From Planctomycetota bacterium (lineage in GTDB: Bacteria > Planctomycetota > PLA2 > JAEUHO01), in assembly GCA_050248855.1 (NCBI GenBank), contig JBFWRP010000010.1, forward strand, positions 1 to 64,000: 64,000 nt of DNA, given 5' to 3'. Shown here in pieces: positions 8,402 to 18,455 of the stretch (position 1 is the first letter of the stretch; every line of letters starts with the position of its first letter). A program made the translations under genes and the position numbers. The notes below the pieces were generated by a model, which did not search any database, was not told the DNA's origin, and was given only the letters and a program-made list of their open reading frames with translations.

Positions 8402-11400
8402 GGACGAAGGCTCCTCGACGTACTGGGGTCGAACACGTCCCGGAACAAAGGGGCGTCGATGGCGGGACGCCCACCGATCGCCGGCGAGAACGCCAGCTCC
8501 AGCTGCGGCGAGCCGTCCCGGAGCTCGAGGCCAAACGAGATGAGATGGTCGATGCTGGTCCGGTGGAACATCACGCGGAAGAGGTTCGCGCCGTCGTCCA
8601 CGTCGACGTGGGTCAGCATCTCCACGGAGTATCGGGGGCTGAAGGTCCAGCCCAGCTCGGCGGTCACGGCGCTGCTCACGTCCTCCACGTAGCGATACCC
8701 GCCGCTCAAGCGCAAGGCCCCGCCGCCGAGGCGCGTCCGCCACTCGGCGGCCGCCGAGCCGCTGGCGACGCGGCCGTCCAGGTCCATGTCGAGGTCGCCC
8801 CGGATGAGGACGTCGGGCCAGGGCTCGCCGCGGAGCTCGGCCTGGAAGACCCCGGGAGCCTCGCGCCCGTAGGGCCCACGCTCGTCGAGCCACCACGCCG
8901 CCGCCAAGCGCAGGTCCAGGAGGTCGCGGGTGCTGCCGTCCTTGCGCCGCGTCTGCCAGCGCTGGCGCGTCTCGGCCTGGACAGCCTGTTGGTCGACCAG
9001 CGCCTCGCGGCGGTCGAACCAGGGCAGGCGAACCTCGTCGCCGCCCCCCTCCCGAGCGGCGTAGCCCAGCTCGAAGTCCATCACGTGCCGCAGGCCGTCC
9101 AGGCCGAAGCAGCCGCCGCGCGCGTCGCACCACGTCCGGTGCATCTGCAGGTGGGCGCGCGCGCCGGCCTCCAGCGCCGTGCGGGTGGTCTCCGTGGCAC
9201 CGGCCGTCCCCTCGATCTCGGTCAGGTGGTCGGCCGCGATGCCCGTGTAGCCGCTCAGGACCACGTCGCCCGCCATGAGCCGGCCGTGCAGCCGCGTCGT
9301 GGAAGCGAACCGCCACGCGGCTTCGTCGTCGAGGCCCAGGCCGTCGTCGTAGACGCGTCGCCAGCGACCCGCACTGCTCTCGCTGGTGAGGTCCACGCCC
9401 ACGTCGCCGCGCCGCCACGGGACGATCACGGGGACGGACTGCACCCAGAGGCCGGCAACGGGCTCCTCCAACGTCTCCGTGGCGAAGCCGCGCTGGTGCC
9501 ACTTGCCCGTCAGCGTCCCGACCAACGTCCCGGGCTGCTCGGGTGCCCAGCGCAGCCGCGCGTACGACTCGCGGTCCTTGTGTTCGAGATCGTCGCGTTC
9601 GAAGAACTCGTTGTTCACGCCGCGATCGCTGAAGTCGTTCACCTCGACATCGAGCGTGAGGGCGTCGGAGAGCCACGTGCGGCTCTCGAGCGCGAGGCGG
9701 TGCCGCACGTCGCCCGGGCGATACCCCGTGCGGTCCTCGTCGGCCTGCTCGAACACGAGGAAGCCGTCGACGCGGCCGGTCGATCGCCAGCCCGCCCTGG
9801 CATCCCGGCGATCCCACTCGAGGCGCGGCAGGATCGCGGGCCCTCGCTTGGTGTAGCCGCCCAGCTCCACGCGCCACTCGCCGAAGGGATCCTCCCGCGA
9901 GCCCGCGGTGCCGCCGAGCTCGACGAACCCGTAGCGGCCCAGGTGACCGCGGCTTCCGGCCCGCACACCCTTGATCAACGTCGGCAGCCCCTCGGACGCA
10001 TCCGACAGGCCGAAGGACGCTTCCCCGACGCGCACGAGCGGGAGTCGCTCGCCCTGCACCGTGATGCCACGCGCCTCGTAGCGCTGGGTGCTGCGCGCCT
10101 GGAACCCGACGAAGTGCGGTCGCTCCGCGCCATCGGCCCCGTACCGCTCGGCGAACTCCTGCACGCGCAGGGTCTGCACCTGGAGCGCAATGCGGTCGTC
10201 GCTGCGGCTGGTCGTGACTTCGGCGTCTTCGAACACCGTCAGACCGCGCGCCTCCAAGCGGCCCAGCCGCGCGCGCAGGTGCAGCGGAAGCCCTTCCTCG
10301 CCGGCCTGCTCGATGCCCTTGGCCCGGCCGTCCACGCGCGGGTTCACGAGCAGCCCGCGGAAGGCGTGCGGATCCAGGTAGAGGGACTCGGCCGTGAACC
10401 GTTGGGCACCGAACGTCAGCTCCACGGCGCCCTCGGCGTAGATGCCGAGCAGGAACTCGGGGACCACCGACGCGGTCTTGCCCATCGGGAAGCCGTTCTC
10501 GGCTTCCGACTGGGGACGCGGGTCCTCACCCGCCAGGTCCAGCCCGCCGTAGGCGTCGACGCCGGGGAACCCACGACGATCGACCCAGGCCACAATCGCG
10601 TTGGCCTTGACGATCAGCTCCTCGACGCGACGCCGCCGGCCCTGCGCATCGACGCGCTCGTGCGCCGGCCTGACGATGCGCGGCGTGCCCACCATCACCA
10701 CGATGCGCCGCGTCTCGGCCTCGACCTCGTCGCGGTAGAGCCGCATGAGCCCGCCGGGGCGGGCCACCTGGAAGCTGACCTCGCCCGGCTCCGGCTCGTT
10801 GCGCACGACCGGCCGCTCCGGCGGGCGCTCGGGCAAGAAGCGGTCGCCGTCGAACCACGAGCCGCCAGGCGCGACGAGCCCCGACGACGGTGAGGCGGCT
10901 GCGTCACCCGGGCGCCCAGGAGCCGCGGGAACGGGCGCCGCAGGGAGGGTACCCGCCGGCTCGTCGAGCACGGACGGCCCGGGCCGCGGGGGCGCGATAG
11001 CGCCGGGCTCCGTGCCGCCCGGCGCCGCGGTGGCCTGCGGAGCTGGTGTCGGCTGCGGGGTCGGGGTCGGCGCGCGGGGCGTGGATCCCGCCGGCCGACG
11101 CTCGGGCGGCGGCAGACCACCGCCGAGGAACCCGCGTCCGGCGCCGTCGGCGGGCTCGTCGGCCGCTCCGTCCGGTTGGGTCGACGGGACGCTCGGCGAA
11201 CGGGGGGGCGCGCCCGTGCGCGGCGCCGTGGGGGCGGGAGCGGCCGGCGCTTCCGAGGGTCCCCGGACACGCCGCACCACCGGCGCAGGCAGGGTGGCAG
11301 CGTCGCCCTCCGCCGCCGCGCCCCGGGGGAGCGCGACGAGCAGGAGGAGCCCGGTGATGCCCACGACCGCGAGGCGCCGCGCGGCCCTGCCGCGCAGGCC

Positions 11401-11421
11401 CTCCGCCTGACGCTCCCTCAT
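8398..11421 (-). CDS. lptD: LPS-assembly outer membrane protein, LptD/OstA-like, with Pro-rich N-terminal linker
   Basis: Signal peptide, GIYAEGAVEL, FTAESLYLD, GGYTKRGPA, SDRGVNNEFFERD, GLRHVMD and QRWQTRR, with alternating beta-strand patterns; located in an envelope gene run. Confidence 0.7.
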   Translation of the reverse strand: MRERQAEGLRGRAARRLAVVGITGLLLLVALPRGAAAEGDAATLPAPVVRRVRGPSEAPAAPAPTAPRTGAPPRSPSVPSTQPDGAADEPADGAGRGFLGGGLPPPERRPAGSTPRAPTPTPQPTPAPQATAAPGGTEPGAIAPPRPGPSVLDEPAGTLPAAPVPAAPGRPGDAAASPSSGLVAPGGSWFDGDRFLPERPPERPVVRNEPEPGEVSFQVARPGGLMRLYRDEVEAETRRIVVMVGTPRIVRPAHERVDAQGRRRRVEELIVKANAIVAWVDRRGFPGVDAYGGLDLAGEDPRPQSEAENGFPMGKTASVVPEFLLGIYAEGAVELTFGAQRFTAESLYLDPHAFRGLLVNPRVDGRAKGIEQAGEEGLPLHLRARLGRLEARGLTVFEDAEVTTSRSDDRIALQVQTLRVQEFAERYGADGAERPHFVGFQARSTQRYEARGITVQGERLPLVRVGEASFGLSDASEGLPTLIKGVRAGSRGHLGRYGFVELGGTAGSREDPFGEWRVELGGYTKRGPAILPRLEWDRRDARAGWRSTGRVDGFLVFEQADEDRTGYRPGDVRHRLALESRTWLSDALTLDVEVNDFSDRGVNNEFFERDDLEHKDRESYARLRWAPEQPGTLVGTLTGKWHQRGFATETLEEPVAGLWVQSVPVIVPWRRGDVGVDLTSESSAGRWRRVYDDGLGLDDEAAWRFASTTRLHGRLMAGDVVLSGYTGIAADHLTEIEGTAGATETTRTALEAGARAHLQMHRTWCDARGGCFGLDGLRHVMDFELGYAAREGGGDEVRLPWFDRREALVDQQAVQAETRQRWQTRRKDGSTRDLLDLRLAAAWWLDERGPYGREAPGVFQAELRGEPWPDVLIRGDLDMDLDGRVASGSAAAEWRTRLGGGALRLSGGYRYVEDVSSAVTAELGWTFSPRYSVEMLTHVDVDDGANLFRVMFHRTSIDHLISFGLELRDGSPQLELAFSPAIGGRPAIDAPLFRDVFDPSTSRSLRP

Positions 11422-11464
11422 GCGGCCTCTCCGCCCCGGCCCAGGGTACCGGGGCCCGCCCGTC

Positions 11465-13078
11465 TCACCGCGCCGCGCGGCGCCTCAGCCGCTGGAGCAG
11501 CTCGCGCCCCTCGCTCACCCCCAGGGCGGCACAGAGCCCGAAGTAGGCCAGCCCCAGCAGCCCCACGACGCCCAGCGTGACGCCGGCGTCCAGCGCCTTG
11601 GAGTCAGCCCCCAGGTCACCGCCCGGCCACGCCTGGCGCGCCAAGAGCCCCAGCCCCCCCATGACCGCGGCGGCCACGGTGATGCGGAGCAGGAAGGGAG
11701 CGCCGGGAAAGGACGTGGCGCCGTGCCGGCGCCAGGCGATCCAGCGCAGCGAGGCGAAGTTGACGGTGGCACCGGCCGCCACGGCCAGTGCGAGGCCGAC
11801 GTGCCCGAGCGGTCCGACGAGCGTGAAGGCCAGCAGCGCGTTCACGGCCAAGCCCAGCAACGAGCACCGCACCGGCGTCTTCGTGTCGCCGCGCGCCAGG
11901 AAGAGCGGCGCCGCCGCCTTCACGCCGGCGTAGCCGAGGATGCCCAAGGCGTAGGCACGCAGCGCATCCGAGGTCATCGCCGTGCTTGCTGCATCGAACG
12001 CCCCCCGCTCGTAGAGCAGGCGCACGAGGGGCTCGGCGAGCACGAGCAGGCCGACGGCCGCGGGCACGGACAAGAACGCATTGAGGCGCAGCGCACGACG
12101 CCCGAGGTCGTCCAGTGCGGCATCGTCCTGCGTCACGCGCGCGCGCGCTCCCGCCGACAGCACGATCGTGCCCAGGGCCACACCGACGATGCCGATCGGC
12201 AGGTGGACGAGGCGGAACGCGTAGTTCAAGGACGAGACCCAGCTGGCCTGCCCCGACGCCAACCCCGTGGTGAGCAAGATCATCAGGTTCGTGGCCGCCA
12301 GCGAGAGCACGACGGGCCCCATGCGCTTGGCGATGCTGCGAAGCGCCGGGTCGCGGAAGCGCAGGTCCAGCAGCGGTCCGCCCCGCCAGCCCACGGCGCG
12401 CGCCACCGGCAGCTGCACGAGGACCTGGGCCGCGCCGCCTACGAGCACGAGCACCGACCACACCACGACGGCCGTCTCCGCTGGCAGCCCGAGGGCCCAC
12501 ACGATCAAGCCTCCCACGACGGCAACCACGTTGAACAGCATGGGCGCCAGCGCGGGCACGAAGTAGCGCGAGCGCGCGTTGAGGACGCCCATGACGACCG
12601 CCGCGACGGCCACGAGCGGCAGGAACGGGAACATGATGCGGGTCAGGTGGACGACGAGTGGTTCGTCCTCCGGCTTCACGTCCCACGCGACGAGGCTCAC
12701 CACCGCGGGGGCGAAGACGATCCCGAGCAGCGCGACAAGGCCCGTGATGGCCGCGAGCGTCCCCAGCGTGCGACGGGCCAGCTGGATCGCCCGCTCCGGC
12801 CCCTCCTGGGCCGCGACCTCGGTGAACTTCGGTACGAACGCCGACGCCAGCGCCCCCTCGGCGAAGAAGTCCCGCAGGAGGTTCGGGATGCGGAAGGCCA
12901 TGACGAACGCGTCCGCGACCGTGCTCGTCGCGAAGAGGGCCGCGAACACGGCTTCGCGCGCCAACCCCAGCACGCGCGAGCCCATCGTGGCCGACGCCAC
13001 GATCCCCGCCGACCGCGCGACGCCCTCGCGCCGGGGTGCCGGAGCCGGCGACGGCGCGGAGCCCTCACCGCCGGGCAT
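11465..13078 (-). CDS. murJ: Lipid II flippase MurJ/MviN
   Basis: SRVLGLARE, ADAFVMAFRIPNLLRDFFAEGALASAFVP, YAFRLVHLPIG, LLYERGAF, DTKTPV. Confidence 0.95.
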   Translation of the reverse strand: MPGGEGSAPSPAPAPRREGVARSAGIVASATMGSRVLGLAREAVFAALFATSTVADAFVMAFRIPNLLRDFFAEGALASAFVPKFTEVAAQEGPERAIQLARRTLGTLAAITGLVALLGIVFAPAVVSLVAWDVKPEDEPLVVHLTRIMFPFLPLVAVAAVVMGVLNARSRYFVPALAPMLFNVVAVVGGLIVWALGLPAETAVVVWSVLVLVGGAAQVLVQLPVARAVGWRGGPLLDLRFRDPALRSIAKRMGPVVLSLAATNLMILLTTGLASGQASWVSSLNYAFRLVHLPIGIVGVALGTIVLSAGARARVTQDDAALDDLGRRALRLNAFLSVPAAVGLLVLAEPLVRLLYERGAFDAASTAMTSDALRAYALGILGYAGVKAAAPLFLARGDTKTPVRCSLLGLAVNALLAFTLVGPLGHVGLALAVAAGATVNFASLRWIAWRRHGATSFPGAPFLLRITVAAAVMGGLGLLARQAWPGGDLGADSKALDAGVTLGVVGLLGLAYFGLCAALGVSEGRELLQRLRRRAAR

Positions 13079-13084
13079 GGTGGC

Positions 13085-14713
13085 CTACTGCCTCAGCTTG
13101 GGATCGAGTGCGTCGCGCAGCCCGTCGCCGACGAGGTTGAGCGCCGTCACGGTGATGAAGATGGCAATCGAAGGCGGGATGATGAGGTGCCAGCGTGCGT
13201 TCGTACGGCCCTCGTTGAGCAGCGCGCCCCACGACGGCACGTTCGGGTCCCCGAGCCCGAGGAACGACAGCCCCGACTCGGTCAGGATGGCGCCCGCGAC
13301 GCCGAACGAGGCCGTGACGATGACGGGGCTCAACGAGTTGGGCAGGATGTGCCGGAAGATGATCCGCGTCCTGCTCATGCCCAGCATCTGGGCGGCCGCA
13401 ACGTACTCCTTGTTGCGCTCGGCCAGGAACTCGCCGCGCACGAGACGCGCCGTACCGGTCCAGCCGATCAGGCCGATGACGCCCATGATCAGGAAGATCG
13501 TCCGGTACTCGGCCGGCGTCACGGCGATGATCATCAGCAGCAGGAAGAGGCTGGGGATGCAGAGGAAGATCTCGACCGTCCGCATGATGACCATGTCGAC
13601 CCAGCCACGGAAATAGCCGGCCAGGGCGCCCAGGATGGTGCCGATCAGGATGTAGATCGACACGGCCACGATGCCGACCGTCATGGCGATCCGCGTGCCG
13701 TACAGCACTTGCGCGAACACGTCCCGCCCGCTCTCGTCGGTTCCGAGCACGTGGGGCCCGCGGCTGAAGTCGAAGAAGCCGATGAAGCGGTCCTTGAAGT
13801 CGGGCAGCTGCTCCCGGTAGCCGTAGGGAATCGGCGTCGGGATCCGCGTGAAGCTCCAGTCTTCGGGCGTCCAGACCGTCGGCGGCTTGCTGGCGTCGTC
13901 CTTGACCAGCTTCGGGAAGAGGACGAGCAGCTGCTGTTTGCGCTCCGCATCGCCCTGGGCGTCGGCCTCCGCGTACCGCCGCGCCGCCTCCGCATGGGCC
14001 TCGGCCTTGCGCATCTCGTCGGCGTAGGCCACGCGCGCCTCGCTGCTCGTGGGGTCGATGGCGGCGATCACCTTGCCCACCGCCCCGTCGCCGCGCGGCA
14101 GCACCATGGCCAGGGCCATCACGGCACCTACGACCCACGCCAGGCGCCCGACATGGCGGTCGAGCTCCTTCCAGCCGCTACCTCCGCCGCCCATCGCGGC
14201 GACCAGCCACGCGAGCCCCCGGACCAAGTAGCGGACGGCCAGCACGACCATCACGAGGTTGAACAGCCGGTCGAGCACGAACTGGTACACGTTGCGGTCG
14301 AAGAGGTTCACGAACCAGGGGAAGCTCGAGCCCCCGCCCTCGGCCGCTGGCGCGCTCCACACGTACGGTTCGCCCGACGCAAGCACGGGCGCGAAGATGG
14401 CCAGGACGACAAGGGCCTTCGTGACCCGCCAGCCCCACACGGCCGAGCCGTGTTTGCGGAACTGCTTGGCCACGATCTCCCTGCGCGAGACCCGCGCCGG
14501 AATCCAGGCGCCCGCGCTCGTCGTCTCGCCGTCCGCCACGGGCGGACCCTCGTCGGAAGGGGCCGCCTCCGCGGCAGCCTCCGGATCGATCGCGGCAGGG
14601 CCTGTGTCCCCAAGAGGCGGGGGCTCTTCCTCGAACCACGACGGCAGGGAAACCTCGCCCAGGTCCTCGTCGGGCGGCCGTCCTTGCGGGTCGGGATCGT
14701 GCGCGTCGTTCAC
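13085..14713 (-). CDS. Peptide ABC transporter permease (DppC/OppC type) with N-terminal acidic extension and insert
   Basis: LGTDESGRDV, ARLVRGEFL, HILPNSLSP, ESGLSFLGLG, GDGLRDALDP. Confidence 0.9.
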   Translation of the reverse strand: MNDAHDPDPQGRPPDEDLGEVSLPSWFEEEPPPLGDTGPAAIDPEAAAEAAPSDEGPPVADGETTSAGAWIPARVSRREIVAKQFRKHGSAVWGWRVTKALVVLAIFAPVLASGEPYVWSAPAAEGGGSSFPWFVNLFDRNVYQFVLDRLFNLVMVVLAVRYLVRGLAWLVAAMGGGGSGWKELDRHVGRLAWVVGAVMALAMVLPRGDGAVGKVIAAIDPTSSEARVAYADEMRKAEAHAEAARRYAEADAQGDAERKQQLLVLFPKLVKDDASKPPTVWTPEDWSFTRIPTPIPYGYREQLPDFKDRFIGFFDFSRGPHVLGTDESGRDVFAQVLYGTRIAMTVGIVAVSIYILIGTILGALAGYFRGWVDMVIMRTVEIFLCIPSLFLLLMIIAVTPAEYRTIFLIMGVIGLIGWTGTARLVRGEFLAERNKEYVAAAQMLGMSRTRIIFRHILPNSLSPVIVTASFGVAGAILTESGLSFLGLGDPNVPSWGALLNEGRTNARWHLIIPPSIAIFITVTALNLVGDGLRDALDPKLRQ

Positions 14714-16170
14714 TTGAAGCTGATCCTCGGATCCATGGCTGCATAGATCAGGTCCGTGAGCAGGATCCCGATCAGCGTGAGCATCGCCACGATCAGCTGG
14801 ATGCCCATGACCACGTTGTAGTCGTTCTGCCGGATCGACGTGATCATCAGCAGGCCGAAGCCATCGATGTTGAAGATGTACTCGATGATCACGCTACCCG
14901 CCAGCAGCACGGGCAAGGCGGTCCCGAGCAGGGTGACCAAGGGCATGGCACCGTTGCGCACGGCGTGGCGCCAGATCACGGTTCGTTCCTTCAGGCCCTT
15001 GGCCCGCGCCGTGCGGATGAAGTCGCTCTGGAGCACGTTCAGCATGCCAGAACGTGCGTACCGGGAGATCGTCGCCAGGCCCCCGTAGGTGTAGCAGATC
15101 AGCGGCAGGGTGACGTGCCAGCCGATGTCCTTGACACGCTCCCACGTCGACAGGGACGCCGCCGCATCGGACTGGAAGCCGTGTTGCGGGAAGAGGTCCA
15201 GGTCCACGGCGAGCCAACGCTGCAGCACGGTGCCCATCACGAACGTGGGAATGCTGTAGAGCGCGAACAAGACGACGCCCAGGCTCTGGTCGGCCACCGA
15301 GCGGTGGTGCGTGGCGCTGAACACGCCGAGCAACACGGCGAGGATCCACGCCATGAGGAACCCCGGCACCGCCAGGGTCAGGCTGTACTTGAGACGCGAC
15401 AGGATCATGTCGCTGACGCGCTCGTTCGTGCGGATGCTGCGCCCCATGTCCCCCGTGGCCAGGTTGCCCCAGTACTTGGCGAACTGCGTGTCCGTCAGCC
15501 GGTTCCAGACCTTGCCGACGCCGCTGTACGAGTGGTCGGCTTCGCGCTCCTGCCACCACGTCTGCCAGCGGGCGACCACCGCATCCCGCTCGTCGGCGGG
15601 GGTCCCCTGCTTCCACGTCAGCTCGTCGGAGCGGATCAGGAGGTTCTGGCGGTCGATCTCCTGGTCCCGGGCGCGCTCCTCCTCCGTGGGCACGTAGCCG
15701 GGCGGGTAGACGGCACGCACGCGGTACGCGTTCTGCCGCAGGTAGCGCAACGCCAGGCTCTGGAGCTTGGGCTCCGATCGGAGCTCGGGCAGCAGCTGCA
15801 CCAACGGGCGAAGCGAGTAGGGGCCCCAGTCGTCCAGGTCCCGGCTCGCCTCCTTGAAGCGCTGGGCGCCGACGAGCGGAACGCCGCCGAGCACGGCCTC
15901 CAGGGCCGCGCGCACCTCGGCGGTGCCCAGCGCGTCCCAGTCGTTCCAGAACCGCGGCCGGTTCAAGCCGAACTTCTCGCGGAAGTTGCGCTTGCTGCGC
16001 CCCTGCTCGAGGCTCGTGAGATCCTCGGGGGGGCCGCTGTCCAGCCCCCCTCCCGCGGACTTGGCGCCCGGGTCCCCGGGGGCCAGGGTCATCACGAGCC
16101 ACACGAGGATCGAGATGCCGACGAACGTCGGCACCAGGATCAGGACACGCTTGAGCAGGTAGTCGATCAC
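14710..16170 (-). CDS. Peptide ABC transporter permease (DppB/OppB type) with a large extracytoplasmic insert
   Basis: YLLKRVL, LAPGDP, GDMGRS, DFIRTARAKGL, HAVRN, TDLIYAAMDPRI. Confidence 0.9.
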   Translation of the reverse strand: MIDYLLKRVLILVPTFVGISILVWLVMTLAPGDPGAKSAGGGLDSGPPEDLTSLEQGRSKRNFREKFGLNRPRFWNDWDALGTAEVRAALEAVLGGVPLVGAQRFKEASRDLDDWGPYSLRPLVQLLPELRSEPKLQSLALRYLRQNAYRVRAVYPPGYVPTEEERARDQEIDRQNLLIRSDELTWKQGTPADERDAVVARWQTWWQEREADHSYSGVGKVWNRLTDTQFAKYWGNLATGDMGRSIRTNERVSDMILSRLKYSLTLAVPGFLMAWILAVLLGVFSATHHRSVADQSLGVVLFALYSIPTFVMGTVLQRWLAVDLDLFPQHGFQSDAAASLSTWERVKDIGWHVTLPLICYTYGGLATISRYARSGMLNVLQSDFIRTARAKGLKERTVIWRHAVRNGAMPLVTLLGTALPVLLAGSVIIEYIFNIDGFGLLMITSIRQNDYNVVMGIQLIVAMLTLIGILLTDLIYAAMDPRISFK

Positions 16171-16191
16171 GTTGGAGCTCGCGCTCTTGCC

Positions 16192-18285
16192 CTAGCGGGC
16201 CTTCGCCTTGACCCACATGGGCGTGAACCGCACGCGCGGCCGCAACAGGAACTGGGTGGCCTCCTCGACGCCGCCCAGCGTGTCCTTCCACCAGACATAG
16301 GGCGATTTGGCGGAGATCAGGAACGTGTACGGCTGCTCGTCGTGGAAGATGCGCTGGATGCGATGCTGCATCTTCAGGCGCTCCTCCAGCTCGAAGGTCT
16401 CGCGCAGCTTCTCGATGAGCCCGTCGACCTCCTGGTTGCGGTACTCGATGAAGTTGCTGGAGGGCGAGACATCCGCCTGGCTCGAGTGCCAGATCTGGTA
16501 GGGGTCGCTCTCCCAGCCACTGTGCTGCCACGAGAGCGTGACGCACTCGAACTCGCGCGTGTCGAGCTTGTTCACGAAGATCTTCCAGTCGAGGAACTCG
16601 AGCGTCATCTGCACGCCGATCTTGCTCAGGTCCTCCTTGAAGATCGTGAAGAGCGTCAGCCACGTGTCGACGCCCGAAGGGACCGTCGCGACGAACTTGA
16701 ACGGGGTCCGCACGCCCCGCAGCTCCTTGTCGAGGATGCCGTCTCCATCCGTGTCGGCCCAGCCGGCGGCTGCCAGCTCGGCCTTGGCGGCCTCGAGATC
16801 GAAGGGCAGGGGCTCGAGATCCGGCGGCGTGAAGGGCGAGTCCACGGGCTGGGTGCCCGACGCGATGGTCCCCTGGCCCATGAACAGGTTGCGCAGGAAG
16901 CGCGGCCGATCGCACGCGAGCGTCATGGCCTTGCGCACGCGCTTGTCCTCGAAGATCGGATGGGTGTTCTTCCACCCGATGAAAGCAAAGCCCGTGCCCT
17001 GCACCCAGACGTGGCCGAGGCTGCCGTCGGTGAAAATGGAGGGGACGTCCTTCTCCTCCTCCGCCCGGCGGTGCCAGACCTTGGCCTGGAAGGCCTCGGC
17101 ATCGACGTCGCGCGTCTCGACCAGACGCATGCCGGCCTGGTTGTCGTTGTTGAAAAGCATACGCATGACACGGATGGCGGGGCGCTCACCGTAGAACTCG
17201 TCGTTGCGCTCCAGCTTGATGTGGCTGTCGGGGTTCAGCTCGGTCACGCGATACGGCCCCGAGCCGACGTACTTGAAGTCGCGGTAGAGCCAGTGGTCGT
17301 TGAAGGCCACACCGATCTGCGCGGCCTCGTAGCGCTCGCCGACCTCGTTGTAGGCCAGGATGAACTCGGGGATGATGCTCATGCTGAGCGTGAAGGAGAT
17401 GCTGTTGTACTGCGGCTTCTTCCAGCGGATGATGCAGCAGTGGTCGTCGATCACCGTGCAGTCCTTGTACTCGGTGTAGTAGCCGCGCAGGTGCTCGCAG
17501 TCCACGTCGGGGTTGGTGATCATGTCGAGCGTGAACTTGATGTCGTGGGCGGTCAGCTTGTGACGCCCGCGCAGCCACGAGTAGGCATCCAGGTCGATGG
17601 CGGGCGTGTGCCAGTAGACGTCGTCTCGCAGGAAGACGACGTACTCCGTGTAGTCGGGGACGTTCACCTCGACACGCACGGCCACGTCTCCCGTGTACGT
17701 GCTGGCGTCCTTGGCGTGCGGCGCCGCGATCGAGCTGAGGCAGTACTGCACGATGCGCGTGGTGACCATCGAGTCGCTGGCCGTCAGCGGGTTGAGCTTG
17801 CTGGGCTGCGCCCCCCAGAAGAGCTTGAGCTCGCCGTTCGGATCGGCGCCGGGCGTGTCGGGGGCGGCCGTGGGAATCGGGTCCGGGTCGGGGACGAGGA
17901 AGTCGGGGTGCCGCCCCCACAGCGCAACGGCCTCGGCGCCCAGGTACGAGGGCGGGCGCTGGGCGCGGGGCACGCGCGGCGGCGCCGTCGCCTGGTCGCC
18001 CGACCCGCTCGGGGCTGCAGTCGGCGCACGCGCCACCAGGGCCCCGCTCGCCAACACGTCCTTCAGGGCCTCGACCTGGCCGGCCAAGCGCTCGGTGGAG
18101 GCCGATTGCTCGCGAATGGCCGTACGCAGCGCCTGCATGTCGGCCTGCATCTGGTCCACCTTGCCCTTCGTCGAAAGCTCGATCTCCTCGCGGTTGCTGC
18201 TCTGGAAGTAGGTGAGCCAGACGAGGAAGGCCAGCAGGAGCGTCCCGCAGAGCTTGAAGAAGCTGACGATGGCGTTGTCCTTCAC
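16192..18285 (-). CDS. Peptide ABC transporter substrate-binding protein with N-terminal TM and coiled coil
   Basis: KLNPL, TAHDIKFT, VGSGPY, FEDKRVRKAMTLA, DTDGDGILDK, DPYQIWHSSQA, DEQPYTFL. Confidence 0.88.
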   Translation of the reverse strand: MKDNAIVSFFKLCGTLLLAFLVWLTYFQSSNREEIELSTKGKVDQMQADMQALRTAIREQSASTERLAGQVEALKDVLASGALVARAPTAAPSGSGDQATAPPRVPRAQRPPSYLGAEAVALWGRHPDFLVPDPDPIPTAAPDTPGADPNGELKLFWGAQPSKLNPLTASDSMVTTRIVQYCLSSIAAPHAKDASTYTGDVAVRVEVNVPDYTEYVVFLRDDVYWHTPAIDLDAYSWLRGRHKLTAHDIKFTLDMITNPDVDCEHLRGYYTEYKDCTVIDDHCCIIRWKKPQYNSISFTLSMSIIPEFILAYNEVGERYEAAQIGVAFNDHWLYRDFKYVGSGPYRVTELNPDSHIKLERNDEFYGERPAIRVMRMLFNNDNQAGMRLVETRDVDAEAFQAKVWHRRAEEEKDVPSIFTDGSLGHVWVQGTGFAFIGWKNTHPIFEDKRVRKAMTLACDRPRFLRNLFMGQGTIASGTQPVDSPFTPPDLEPLPFDLEAAKAELAAAGWADTDGDGILDKELRGVRTPFKFVATVPSGVDTWLTLFTIFKEDLSKIGVQMTLEFLDWKIFVNKLDTREFECVTLSWQHSGWESDPYQIWHSSQADVSPSSNFIEYRNQEVDGLIEKLRETFELEERLKMQHRIQRIFHDEQPYTFLISAKSPYVWWKDTLGGVEEATQFLLRPRVRFTPMWVKAKAR

Positions 18286-18455
18286 GGGCAGGCTCCGGGC
18301 GCGTCCAGTCGGGGGTCAGGGGGGCGGATCGTACCGATGCGTTGCGAGGACGGTCAAGACGGGCCCGACCTTGACGTCGCGAAGGCACGTACCCTTGCCA
18401 GGAGCCGCGATGGAGCCTTCGGGCTTCGGGGAGGCTCGGGGTAGCCTCGGGCGCC

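Noticed and set aside
8402..9877. Apparent 668-aa CoaD fusion in the ORF track
   Set aside because: The extension is Arg/Gly-rich shadow sequence overlapping lptD in another frame. CoaD starts at 8401.
11420..18444. Long plus-strand ORFs of 1108 aa and 1159 aa
   Set aside because: They are antisense to murJ and ABC genes, have no motifs, and are expected from stop-codon scarcity at high GC.
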